From Lama glama (lineage: Eukaryota): a DNA stretch of 64,000 bases. A model generated the notes under the pieces. It saw only the letters and a program-made list of their open reading frames with translations. It did no database searches and was not told where the DNA came from. Position numbers and translations under genes: made by a program. The DNA is taken from NCBI GenBank assembly GCA_028534125.1, contig CM052817.1, positions 26,476,001-26,540,000 of the forward strand. The letters run 5' to 3'. Positions 52,395 to 64,000 of the stretch are shown one piece after another. Numbering within the stretch: the first letter of the stretch is position 1; every line of letters starts with the position of its first letter.

Positions 52395-52780
52395 AAAATG
52401 TTTTATTGTAAAAATTTTGAACATATCTAAAAGTCCTCATATTCTCATCCCCTAAATCCAGCAATTGTTAAGATATTGTCATGTTTGTTTTGTCTTTTTT
52501 CCCTCTTTGCTGAAGTACTTAAGTAAATTCCAGACATCATGTCACTTTACCCATAGACGCTATGCATATCTAAAATCAAGAATATTTTCTTACACAATCA
52601 TGCGGCCATTATCCCACCTAACAAAATTACAGTAATGCTTTGGAACCGCCTAATACCCAATTCATAATCATAATTACCTGATTGTCTCAAACATGCCTTT
52701 TTATAATTGGCTTATTTCATTCGGTATTTACACAAATTCCATCCATTACATTGTTGTATCTCTTAAGTATCTTTAATGTT
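52395..52780 (-). mobile_element. Ancient L1MC-like 3' end
   Basis: ttttattgtaaaaattttgaacata; aagtaaattccagacatcatgtcacttt; cattatcccacctaacaaaatta. Confidence 0.6.
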
Positions 52781-55700
52781 GATGGCAAAATGAAAAAAGA
52801 CATTAGCTGATGTCTTGGGGTACTTTTATTTAGATTCATAGCATGCTGTTTGCTTCTATGTAGATGGTACAAAGACCAAAAGAGATTTTGCAAATAGCGA
52901 TGTCATAATTGGTTGTTTATGAGATAATCAATTATGGTAGTTCCATTGCTTTGTTTATAACAGATAAAAAGGAAAATGAAGAAAGAGAGATTTTGTTTTG
53001 TTTTGTTTTTGGAGCCAATTGATTTTTGTGCAGAAGCTGCTTCACATGTAAAATGGAGATAATAATATAATAATTCTTATTTCCCAGATTGTGAAGGTTG
53101 AATGAAAAGCTGTCTGAGAACGCTGTGCTTAGCTTGTAACAGTATTTCTTCAATTTGACTGTGCTTCTGAGTCATCCTAGTGCTTTAAAAATAATTTCTC
53201 TGGTTCTTCCCAGAACGACTGAATGAGAATGTCCCCATAAGGGACTGAGGAGAACATTTTAAACAACCTCCCAGGGTAATTTTGATGATGATCAAGTTTG
53301 GGGATCACTGACGTTACCCCCTGGACCTCCATCAATTTCTCTGTAAATTGAGAATAATGATATTTTCTAGGGCTAATGGTACATCACAGCACTGTGGGGT
53401 GAGTAGCAATCCAGTAAATAAACACCAAGTGCTTCCTTAATATCTTAGTCATGAGTGGTATTGTGAACCCAGGTGATCCTCATCCATATATTGGGCACTT
53501 GACTTTGAGATAGATTAGAATTCCTCAGCTTTCTATCCCCTGTGCAAAGTCTAGCATAGTGCCCAGCACATAGTCAGAGTGCAGTAATATTGGAAGAATG
53601 AGCACATTATTACTGAGAATTCAGATCAATGGAACTTCAGATGATTGATCCACAGACCACATAGGAGACTGGCCACCAGTGCTATTCCAATTTAGGAGAG
53701 GCCCAGACTTAGATGGGAATGGCCCAGAGAATGGGATTAATGCCCAATAAAAGGTATCTTCCAATGTCTTACCCCTCTTTGTATATAGTTTTTGTTTTTC
53801 TGTGAAACTTTCTCCTCCAATCACAACTGGCTAGGAGGAAAGAATGAGATTGGAAGCACATTCATATAAATGTGGAAATGGTAAAAAGGGCTTTACCTTC
53901 CAAGGATATTCAGGTTTTGACAGAGCTCTGAGCATCTAGAGAAAGGGCTGTTCCAATGGTGGAGGGGATGCTCGGCAGGGAGGGGACTTCCCATCACCCT
54001 GATGTCCCCCGTGTGGGCGGGTACCTTCATAGAGCTGCCCTTGAAGGGAACCTGCTGTGCCTGCTGCACCAGCTGGTTGGAAAGCCTGCATGTCAGACTT
54101 TGTTGCAGGGCATCCTGAGCAGGGATGGCAGCTGCTGCTGATAGATTGGGGCACTACTTCCTCCGCCATCTCCCTGTGGGGAGGGTTCCCCTGAGCTTGG
54201 CCTCTTCATGATTCCAGATCAAGAATTGTGCTGTAGGGGTCTTATCAGATACTTCGGAACTACTGTCTGTCTTCAAAATGAGGAACCCAGAACACTCAGT
54301 TCTGTGCACAAGTAGCAGAGATGAGTCATAGTTGAGAAGATACTGGAATTCAGCCAGGAGAGTATCATTAAAAGGAGAAGACGTTGTAACAGACTTGGTA
54401 TGTGATAGAGAAAGGAAGCCCTTTATCTCATTCTGTGCCCCACAATGCAAAAAGGAGGGGGCATAGTTTACCTACTGATAGTTGACTCTATGATAGTAAA
54501 GTTTCCTGGGATCTTATTTTAGAAAAATAGTGCACACGCACTCCTTGGGCCAGTCTAGTAAAGCTTCCTGGGAGATAGAACACTGAAGAGTTCACAGGGA
54601 AGTTTTCAAATTTAATCTTACTAGGTAAGCACTTTTGGGATGAAAAACCCAAAGGAAGCATTCTGACAGATGTCTACACGGGATATGTGAGTGCTGCAAG
54701 CTAGGGGCATAATGGACAAGTGAAAACGTGGTTAGAGGAGGACAGAATGAGGTGAGGGGATTGTCTTCTGGTGCATTCCAGTTCACTTTGGGATTATGGA
54801 CTTAAGAAGCTGGCTAATGCTGGTGTCCTGGGTTTTTTTTTTTTTGGAGACTTACTACTATTTCTTGAAAGTAATTTCAGGTGGGCTTGTACCACTAAGC
54901 CAAGACTAGGGGAGGCTAGTACATGAAGATGCCTAGAGAGTCATCTCCTGGGAAGACGGATTTATATGGAGAGGTACTGATCAGAAAAAAAGAGGGTTGG
55001 TGATCCATGGAAACAGAAAACAAGCAAGTCTGAGAATGGTACCTTGGCAGTGCCCATCCATGCATTGTCGATGAACAGAGAATCTTGGCTAATAGACTTC
55101 CTGTATTTTGATCCCATTCACAGGACCATATAGAGGAAGTGAGCCTTAGGCTAAAGCATGTCCTTGACCTTTCTGTAGTCAATGACAAAAGGAAAGATGC
55201 TCCCATAAATCCTAACAGTGGCCCACCATCTCTATTACACAAGAAACCTCTTTTTCTTGGATCTTAGTTCCCCCAGGAATTTTGTAGCATACTGAGCAGG
55301 GTGGTCTGGGCACAATCCACATCACTGAAATATTCCAAGGTTTTGTTCCTTTGTTTGTTTTTTTTAACTGGGATGGTATCTGAAAGAGCTGTGAGGAGTT
55401 CCAGACTAAGTAAGGAAGGGACTTAAAGACCCAGTGAGACCTGCTCTTCCCACAGATGAGGTGACGGTGGTGGTGGTGGTGGTGGGGTACTGGACAGGTT
55501 CAGGGTCATTTCAGCAGTCAGGGGCCCATCCTGACCCCAGCTAGGTCTCCCATGTGATACTTTCTTGAAAGTGACTACAGTATCTGGTGATACTAACAAA
55601 TGCTGTTTCTTTCCAGGAGGAGGCTACAGAATGTGTTTATATTTTCTTTCACAAAGAATCATGAAATACTTTTACAGCTCTTTTTTGTTGTTGTTACAGA

Positions 55701-55803
55701 AGCAGTGTATGTTCATGAAGGAAATTTGTAAACCATAGATAAGCACACACATGAAAATCTACAGTTGTACCAGAGCATTGCTAACATCTTGGGTTAGTTT
55801 CTT

Positions 55804-56498
55804 TTTTTTTTAATTTATTTTTGATAATTTTTTAAAACATTATTTATTGAGTTATAGACATTTTACAGTGTTGTGTTAAATTCCACTGTAGAGCACAATT
55901 TTTCAGTTATACATGAACATACATATATTTATTCATTGTCACATTTTTTTCACTGTGAGCTACCAAAAGATCTTATATACATTTCCCTGTGCTATACAGT
56001 ATAATCTTGTTTATCTATTCTACATATGCCTGTCAGTATCTACAAATTTTGAAATCCCAGTCTGTCCCTTCCCACCCCCTACCCCCTTGGTAACCACAAG
56101 TTTGTATTCTGTCTATGAGTCTGTTTCTGTTTTGTATTTATGTTCTTTTTTTTTAGATTCCACATATAAGCGATCTCATATGGTATTTTTCTTTCTCTTT
56201 CTCGTTTACTTCACTTAGACATTCTCCAGGAACATCCACGTTGCTGCAAATGGCGTTATGTTGTTGGTTTTTATGGCTGAATAGTATTCCATTGTATAAA
56301 TATACCACAACTTCTTTATCAGTCATCTGTTGATGGACATTTAGGCTGTTTCCATGTCTTGGCTATTGTAAATAGTGCTGCTATGAACATTGGGGTGCAG
56401 ATGACTTTTTGAAGTAGGGTTCCTTCTGGATATATGCCCAGGAGCAGGATTCCTGGGTCATATGGTAAGTCTATTCCTAGTCTTTTGAGGAATCTACA
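55804..56498 (-). mobile_element. Relatively young 5'-truncated L1 (camelid-type 3' UTR) with perfect 12-bp TSD
   Basis: Poly(T) at left; L1 3' motifs tggctgaatagtattccattgt and ggctattgtaaatagtgctgctatgaacattggggtgca; TSD ggttagtttctt at 55792-55803 and 56499-56510. Confidence 0.93.
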
Positions 56499-57739
56499 GG
56501 TTAGTTTCTTACTCTGCTCTCTATTTTTATTGAAAAATCAGGATCATAAGGCACATACTGTTTTGAACTTGCTTTTTTTATATACATTTTTTACATTTTT
56601 AATATTTTTTTCTGAAATAATAAGGAATTCAATGAAAAGAGAGGGGTGTGTGTGAATGTTTCTCTTTTGAAAAATTTTCCTTTGTGGCAAGTTGCCTTGT
56701 ATTTAAAAAGTTAAGACAAATGAGAGCAAAAATGAATAGCAATGGCAAGTCAATTCCGCAGAGTGTGTGTTTTCTGAAAGTCCCTGCTGCTGGAAACAGA
56801 TTTAGGTTTAGGCCTCCTGGTTTCAAACATGTTGAGAATAGCCACATGGAGGTATGAGAGTTGACATAAAGGATGAACATCAAATTCCAGGGAGGGGCTG
56901 TGGCTCACCTAGAGGGAGCCACAAGTTACCCGGCCCAGACCAGATGGTTGTCCAGTGCCTGTTTCCCTGCCAAGACCTGTGCAAGTTGCTCCAACACGGA
57001 CATCTGGTCAGTGGTTTCTGGTCCTTTTAATGTTGTGGGGATGCTTTTACAAGGCCTGAGAGCCTCTCTCCTCAGTATGGACCTTTGGGAGGCAAAAGAG
57101 TGATGTGGTCAATGGCTGTTATTTTTTGTCCAGGAAAGCCAAGAGGATGCCTTAGAGAACTGAGGGATTTTCTGGGATCTAAATGACACTACCCATTGGG
57201 CCTCTCTGCCACCTTGGCCACCTAGTTGTCCTGCTGCCAAGGTGTGTAAATGGGCTGGGTGTTTCCTCCAATCAGTCTCTGAAAACTGCCTAAGGCACAA
57301 AGTATTTGCAAGTTCTGTCTGTCACAAATCAGGCCCATGGACTCTAATAGGACTGGAACATGTCCCCAGGAAAAGAGGTGCAGATTCTGTTTCTATCTTG
57401 TGTATATCTAAGACGGTTGCGACTGAACACAGCCTTGACATCAGACACCTGCTGGGATCCCTTGTGCTTCATTTGGCTGATGCACCCAGACTGAGGGTTT
57501 TTTCTTTTAAGTGTGCATGCCTCTGGGTCAAGGTGGTGGGTGGAGAAGGAAGGACAAGCAAGGCAAGGTACAAGGAGAAACCTGGGAGTGGGGAAAGGTC
57601 ATCCTTGGCAGGAACATTGCACCATCTGCCCCTTCGTGCTCTTCCCTATTAACATCTCTCAAATCAGCTTGTGACATTGGTGCTTTCATGGAAACATGGA
57701 ATGTCAGTACTGGAGGGGCCCTAAGAGCCCACTGAGTTC

Positions 57740-57860
57740 AATGCCTAATTTTACAGATGAGGAAATTGAAGTCCGGAGAGGCTAATGGCATGAGCAAGTC
57801 ACAGTTAGTGGCAGAGCCAGGATTCGAGCCTGACTCGCAGTGCAGGGTGCTGGCCACTGC
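57740..57860 (-). mobile_element. MIR SINE fragment
   Basis: attttacagatgaggaaattgaag...ttagtggcagagccaggattcgagcc. Confidence 0.8.
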
Positions 57861-58056
57861 AAACTGCCTCTGTGTAAACAGTGAGAAATACAGGACAGTA
57901 CAATACAGTACAGCACAATATAATACAATGAGAAAAAGGGTAAACCGCCACACTGACTCTTCATTTATTTTTAGTATTATATTTTCAGATTTATCTACAG
58001 CTGAGGAGGGATTGCTTAGTCCTCTACCAAAGAGATTTAAAATCAGGCAGCTCAAA

Positions 58057-58895
58057 CCGGCAGACCTTGTTTTATTATGCTCCTCTTGACTACAGTTCTC
58101 TTGACTGATTGACTTTACAAATGGAAGTTTTGTGGCAACTTCATCGAGCAAGTCTATTGGAGCTATTTTTCCAACAGCAACTGCTCACTTCTTGTCTCTG
58201 TGTCACATTTTGGTAATTCTCACAATATTTAAAACGTCTAAATTACTATTATATTTGTTACGGTGATCTGGGGTCAGTGATCTTTGGCGCTATGATTGTA
58301 ATTGTTTTGGGGCACCATGAACTGTGCCCACATAAGACAGTGAACTTGACTGTTGAAATGACAACAAAGGATTTAGGATTTAGAATATCACATAAACTTT
58401 TTTGATAAAGAAGTGGCAGGGTTTGAGAGCACTGACTCCAATTTTGAAAGAAGTTCTACTGTGGGTAACATGCTATCAAACAGCATTGCATGTTACAGAG
58501 AAATCGTTCAGGAAAGGAAGAGTCAATAGATGTGGCTAACTTCCTCTTTGTCTTATTTTAAAAAACTGCCACCACCCCAGCCTTCAGGAACCACCACCCT
58601 ACTCAGTCAACAGCCATCGACATTGAGGCTCCACCAGCAAAAAGTTTATGACTCAATGAGGGCTTAGATGATGGTTAATATCTTTTAGCAATAAAATATT
58701 TTTTAACTGTACAGTATTTAAATGTACAGTATTTTTAGACATAATGCTGTGACACACTTAATAGACTACAGTATGGTAACATAACTTTTATATCCACTGG
58801 GAAACCAAAAAAATCATGTGACTCACTTTATTGCAATATTCACTCTGCTGTGGTGGTCTGGACCCTGAACCCTCACTATCTTGGAGGTTTGCCTG
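58057..58895 (+). mobile_element. Tigger1 internal-deletion derivative (TcMar DNA transposon)
   Basis: Termini ccggcagacct ... aggtttgcctg; Tigger1 5' part joined near 58348 to the 3' part (gttgaaatgacaacaaaggatttag; ttttgaaagaagttctactgtggg). Confidence 0.88.
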
Positions 58896-58909
58896 AAAAG
58901 TCTACTGAT

Positions 58910-59205
58910 AAAGGAAAAATTAAATGAGAAAAGCATCATGGAGTGTGGTACAGTATGCTATAGTCTATATACAAAAAAAGAGTGATTGTGTGTGTTATGA
59001 TGATTACACATATGCGTTTGTGCATATACGTTTGTGAATACTTGTCATAATGTGATTGCTTTGGGAAAATGCATGAGAAACTTAATACAGTGGTTGTCTT
59101 GGGGAAAATAGCCTGGGGCCCTGGAGGGCAGGCATGGGAAGGAGACATATTTTTCACTTTTGTACTTTTTGAATTTTACTGTAGGCATGTATTAACTATT
59201 CAAAT
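58910..59205 (+). mobile_element. L1ME 3' end
   Basis: cagtggttgtcttgggg...ttttcacttttgtactttttgaatttt..catgtattaactattcaaataaa. Confidence 0.6.
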
Positions 59206-60784
59206 AAAGGAGAAAAAGAATGCTTACTAGGAGTTTCTGGAAGTCCTCGTGGAGGAGGTGGCATTTGAGCTGGGCTCTGGGACAGGTAGAATTTACCAGG
59301 AAGCATCAGAGCAGGGAAGATCACATTTCAGGAGATGAGAACAGCACACTTAAGATTGCTGAGGCTGGAAAGGCAGGGAGAGTTTGGTGGATGTTACATA
59401 GTCCCAAGAGATTTCAGCAATGGCTAGGTGAATTGCAGACAAGGAAGAGGAGAAAAGTAACGAGAGAGACGGCTGGAAGGAGGTTATTGTATACTTATTT
59501 GGCCCCAGTATCCCTTTCCAATGTCATCTTCCACCGATGCTCCAGCCCTCAAAGCCAGCTCTCTACCTCCAGTTACTTGCCCCACATGCACACCTGGGCA
59601 CCACCCACTTCCTCTGAATGCCGTCCACCAATCCCATTTTCTTTCCCGTTCCAAGACATATTTCAAATATCACTCCTTTCTGCCCCTCCTACCCTACCCT
59701 CCTTGAAGATTTAAGCACTCTGCCCTTAGAGTTCTCTTGGCATTTTGCATTTACCTTTATTATAGCACTTACCCATTTAAATTTTATTTTTTTCTGGGTT
59801 GAAGCTCAATGTGAGGTCATTTGTATGCAGACGGTTGCTTCTTTTCTTTCTAATTTAGGATTTTATTCTCTAAGATATGTGGGGCCTTATTATGAAGTAT
59901 AGCCATCCTGTTCGGCCTTTGCACGGCCATCGCATTATCTCTCCTCATGCAGTCATTTCTTCTATCAAGAATGACAACAAAAAAGTGAGGCTCATAGGCA
60001 TTATTAATTAAGTAGAAAAAATTTTATTTAAAAAACCTCTAGGTCTAGTCTAAACTATATTAAATTGTCCTTATTGTCTTCTGTCCCCATTAGGCTCTTT
60101 AAAAGTAGGCCTAGTTTAAAGCCAATTAAAGGCAGATATCTTGTCATGTTTTCCAGACTTCTGTGGATTTGGAACTTAATGTTAACAGAATATTATGTAT
60201 GCATAAGCAGTGAATTAAACAGTTTAAAAAAGAATTTTGCTCTGGAGTATCCTGATAGTTTCAGGGTCATTATGAACTTGTTTCTCCCAGTTTCTGTTAA
60301 GTCCTTGATCAGAGGTTGAGCATCTGCGGAGAGAGTTAATCCAACTACCATGTGTTACATCTGCAATATAATCGATATAGAAAGCATATACATCAGTATT
60401 CCAAAAGAAAATTTTAAACACTTAAGAAAGTCTGTACAAACTTGGGTTCTTAGGTTATTGCACTTTGTTCCTTTTCTCTCTTAGAAATCTTAGGGAGTAA
60501 CTGTCGTGCCTTCGTACAGTTTTATCTGTAGAGGGGCATGTATACGTTGTGCTGGAAATTCACGGCAAGCCTGGTTTTGTCCATCACTGAACAGATAGAT
60601 ACCTTTCCTCCGCCTGGACTCAGGCCATTCTGGCTATTCTGGGTGTTCAAGGGCATCAGACCAGGCTTGTACACTTATTTTTCTAAATAAATGAGATTAT
60701 GAATTGTTCAATTGCTTTCTTTTTCAGTTACTAATATGTCACAGATATTCTTCCTGTGTGATACATACAGGGCTGATTTAATCC

Positions 60785-61040
60785 TTTTTAAAAAAATTGA
60801 AATAGAGTTGACGTACAATATTATGTTAGTTTCAGGTATACTACGTAATGATTTAACATTTGCATACACTGTGAAATATTCACTGTGTGATGTCTGATAA
60901 CCGTCTGTCCCTATACAAAGTTATTACAATATTGTTGCCCATAGTCCTTATGCTTTATATTACATTCCTGTGACCTATTTATTTCATACCTAGAGGTTTG
61001 CATCTCTTAATCCCCTTCACTTATTTCATCCCACTTCCAA
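60785..61040 (-). mobile_element. L1 3' end (L1MA-like)
   Basis: ttgaaatagagttgacgtacaatattatgttagtttcaggt; catctcttaatccccttcacttatttc. Confidence 0.8.
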
Positions 61041-61108
61041 CCTAATTCAGTTTAATGATGTATCAGATTCCACTGTATGGATATGGCAGAATTAATTTAA
61101 CCACTGCC

Positions 61109-61262
61109 TCTTTTTTTTTTACATTTTAAAAATTGAAGTATAGTCAGTTTACAATGTGTCGATTTCTAGTGTACTGCATAATGTTTCAGTCATACATATA
61201 CATATATATATTCATTTTCATATTTCTTCATTATAGGTTACTGTAAGATATTGATTGTAGTT
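61109..61262 (-). mobile_element. Short L1 3' tail
   Basis: Poly(T), then ttgaagtatagtcagtttacaatgtg...cattataggttactgtaagatattga. Confidence 0.8.
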
Positions 61263-61432
61263 GATGGACCTTTCAGTTACTCTCAGTTCTATTTTTGCTG
61301 TTGTGAATAATGCCACAATGAAAATTCTTGCACATAGGTCTTGACTACTTGTGTAGGTACAAGACAATATGTTTGAAGAATTGGAATTTCTGGGTTAAAA
61401 GGTAATACATTTAAATTTTTGATTGCTACTAG

Positions 61433-62109
61433 CAGGGACATACCAAGGACAGGATGGTAGAGGGGTCCACCCCAGGTACAGGCAATAAGGGGTGCATCAT
61501 CTGCTGAGAATTTAAAGACAATAATCAAACCAATGTGGGTCTGCTTTTTATTTTCCCCATGTGCTGGCAGTGATAAAGTTAGTGCGAGTGCTTAGTGGCG
61601 TGTGTGGATTCCATTAGAGCTGACTTAGGGGCAGATTTTGATTCCCACCCCTACGACACAACATATTCCTGATTCCTGCTTATGATTCCTAAGCAGTAGA
61701 TTAGAATTAGAGAATGTTAGCATAATGATTATAGAGATAATGAAACAGAACTTGATTTACTTCAGTTCTGTTATCCTGTGTGAGTTTTTGGTGTTTTATG
61801 TTCAAATTTAAAACAGTAAAGCAGAGCTCAGATTGCAAGGTGTAATATTTTTGACTGATAATTGCAAGTTTTAGTTCATACCTGAAGTATTTTACTGCAC
61901 TGGAATAGTACTGGAATAATAGTTTTAAAATTGAAATTTATTTTTCTTGTAAATTGTTCCTTGTTTATTTTAAAGCTAAAGAATGAGCCAAGGAAATAAT
62001 GATTGTTCCTGACTCTTACACATTGTTACTGAAACTAATTTTGCCATATAGATGAAGGAGGTTGAAAAATGATCAGCTCCAGGTGTCAAAAACACTAAAT
62101 GTGCTGCTG
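61433..62109 (+). mobile_element. hAT-Tip100 element, MER97-like
   Basis: Start cagggacataccaagg...caggcaataagggggtgcat..gagaatttaaagacaataat; end ctccaggtgtcaaaaacactaaatgtgctgctg. Confidence 0.75.
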
Positions 62110-62305
62110 GGTTCTGTTAAACTGCCTTCTACAAAGATTGCACACTTCTGTACATTTTTCCATGGTGCGTGAGAGTGTCTGCTTAAGGGAGAAATCTTTC
62201 AAACGTTGTTAGAAACCAGGCCTGTAGTAAGAAAGAAATCACCCACCAAGTGAAAAATGTCTTTCCAGCTCTCCCTCCTCATTTCCTGCCTTTATTTTAG
62301 GATTG

Positions 62306-62678
62306 TGTCTTAGTCTATTTGAGCTGCTGTAACAAAATGCCACAGACAAGGTAGCTTATAAACAATAGAAATTTATTTCTCACAGACCTGGAGGTTGGGG
62401 AGTCCAAGACGATGGCTCGTGCAGATTCAGTGTCTAGTGAGGGCTTGCTCCCTGATTCTGGGAGCGTGCCTTCTCACTGTGTCCTCATACGGTGGAAGGG
62501 GCAGGGCAAAACAGCGGGGCTCTCTGGGGCTCTTTCACAAGGGCACTAATTTCATTCATGAGGGCTCTGCCCTCCTAACCTACTGACCTCCCAAAGGCCC
62601 CCACCTCCTAATACTGTCACCTTGGGGTTAGGTTTCAACATATGAATTTTAGGGGCACACAAACATCAGATCGTAGCA
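62306..62678 (-). mobile_element. MaLR solo LTR (MLT1A0-like) with intact 5-bp TSD
   Basis: tgtcttagtc...gctgctgtaacaaaat...tttcaacatatgaatttt...tagca; TSD gattg at 62301-62305 and 62679-62683. Confidence 0.92.
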
Positions 62679-62769
62679 GATTGCTTAGTTTCACCAAGGC
62701 TGCGCAGTAGGTAGGTTTCTCCCAAACGAGAGACAGTGGGAGTGGAGGTAAGAGACAGCACTATAAGTG

Positions 62770-62955
62770 GGTTTGCTTGTCCTCTTGGGCAAGTTACTTT
62801 ACTTTTCTGTGTCTCACTTTCCCTAGCTGTAGAATGAGACAACGGTGGTACTGAGCACGTGGTGTTGTTGTAATGATTAATGGACTAATTTTCACAAAGC
62901 ACTTCAAATGGAATCTGACCAATGGTAAATACTATGTGAGTGTTAATTGTTACTC
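62770..62955 (+). mobile_element. MIR SINE
   Basis: ttgggcaagttactttacttttctgtgtctcactttccctagctgtagaatgag...gattaaatg. Confidence 0.8.
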
Positions 62956-63183
62956 TTCCCTACTTAGGGTCAGGCTCTCTGTTAGGCATGGCAGATAGAA
63001 TCTTTTCAATTGCCTTAAAAATTCTATGATCTATGCATCATTATGAACATTTTGCAGTTCTGGTTATGTGACTTGCCCAAGCTTAGGCTGCTAATCAGCC
63101 ATGGCGATAAGACGCTAACCAAGACCCTGACTTCATGATCTGGGGTCTGTGCAAACGATGGAGTATCAGCAATTTTATACCTT

Positions 63184-63293
63184 TTTCTCTCTATCTTTTT
63201 CATTTTTAGATTTTTTTGTAAAGGTACAGGGATTGTACCCAGGACCTCGTGCACACTAAGCATGTGCTCTACCATGAGCTATATCCCTCCCCC
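63184..63293 (-). mobile_element. tRNA-derived SINE, camelid vic-1-like
   Basis: Reverse complement reads GGGGGAGGGATATAGCTCATGGTAGAGCACATGCTTAGTGTGCACGAGGTCCTGGG; decayed TSD gcaattttatac / gtaatgttatac. Confidence 0.85.
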
Positions 63294-64000
63294 GAGTAAT
63301 GTTATACTTTGAACCTGAAACTAAATCACTTCACTCTCTGCAGTGCTCTGGGCTAAATATTCAGAACAAAATACTTTGACTTCTTTTATAGTTTGAGTAA
63401 TTTGTAAATTAATGGTTGACCCTAATTCTAGAGAATATTGGAAGGCTTAATGATTGCCCCTAAAGAGAGATGATCGATCTCTCGAAGGAAGTTAATGAGA
63501 AAGAGAAGATCTGCTTGAAAAAGAGTTTTATATTAAATCTGGGAGTTATCTTTTGAGTAAAAATCCATCAATATGGAATATCTATCTAAGTTATCTATAT
63601 AAGTTTGCATTTAAAAATTAAGGAAATTAAGTATGGGATATAAAATTAGAAATTATATATATTTGAAAAAATCCTGTGTAGATGGAAAGAGTGTTGACTC
63701 AGTGATCCAGTTTCAGGGCCCCCAGTAGAAGAAACCACCACTCTCTGGGCTCTGGTTTCCTCATGGGGAAAATAAGTGGGTTGAACTAGATGACCTTTCA
63801 AGTATCTAATCATGCTAAGTTTCTTTCCACAATCAGGGGACATGCTATTTCACATTTATTTAGGGGTTGCTCAATGGTTGGGGAGTAGCAGGAATTTGGG
63901 GGAATTCCCAGAACTCATGGATACAAAATATGTAAAGAAAAATTGCTATATATTTATTTTACCAAGAGAGGACTAATATCCTTAATCTCTAAAAAGATTT

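Larger units (their letters stand above)
40054..64000 (+). other. RHOH: RHOH intron (continues beyond the window)
   Basis: Follows the donor at 40054. No RHOH coding sequence (MLSSIKCVLVGD...) is recognisable in the window. Confidence 0.7.

Noticed and set aside
58057..58895. Possible domesticated Tigger transposase
   Set aside because: Most of the transposase is deleted and no long ORF remains.
1..64000. CRISPR arrays, operons, prokaryotic defence systems, rRNA
   Set aside because: The sequence is mammalian, with spliced exons and LINE/SINE/LTR repeats. No regularly spaced repeat-spacer array or rRNA-like sequence is visible.

Overview
Mammalian genomic DNA, AT-rich and dense in repeats. 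Three tRNA-derived SINEs look like the camelid vic-1 type, so the source is most likely alpaca, llama or camel. The window covers the N4BP2-RHOH locus on the + strand. It holds the last two coding exons of N4BP2 (C-terminal Smr domain; 2219-2342 and 3602-3647) and a ~3.4 kb 3' UTR ending near AATAAA 7039-7044. About 27 kb of transposon-rich intergenic DNA follows. Next is a repeat-poor regulatory domain (~33.9-40.7 kb) containing a non-coding 5' exon of the haematopoietic GTPase gene RHOH (donor at 40053/40054). The rest is the start of the long RHOH intron, and the RHOH CDS lies outside the window. Almost all ORFs in the supplied track are spurious or L1 debris. I see no evidence of a new protein-coding system. 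The best leads are regulatory: a MER41-like LTR with an N4-spaced STAT site, lymphoid motif clusters, a U1-mimic sequence in the RHOH exon, alternative polyadenylation of N4BP2, and a young L1 with a perfect TSD. Gene and repeat family names come from recalled sequences, not from database searches.
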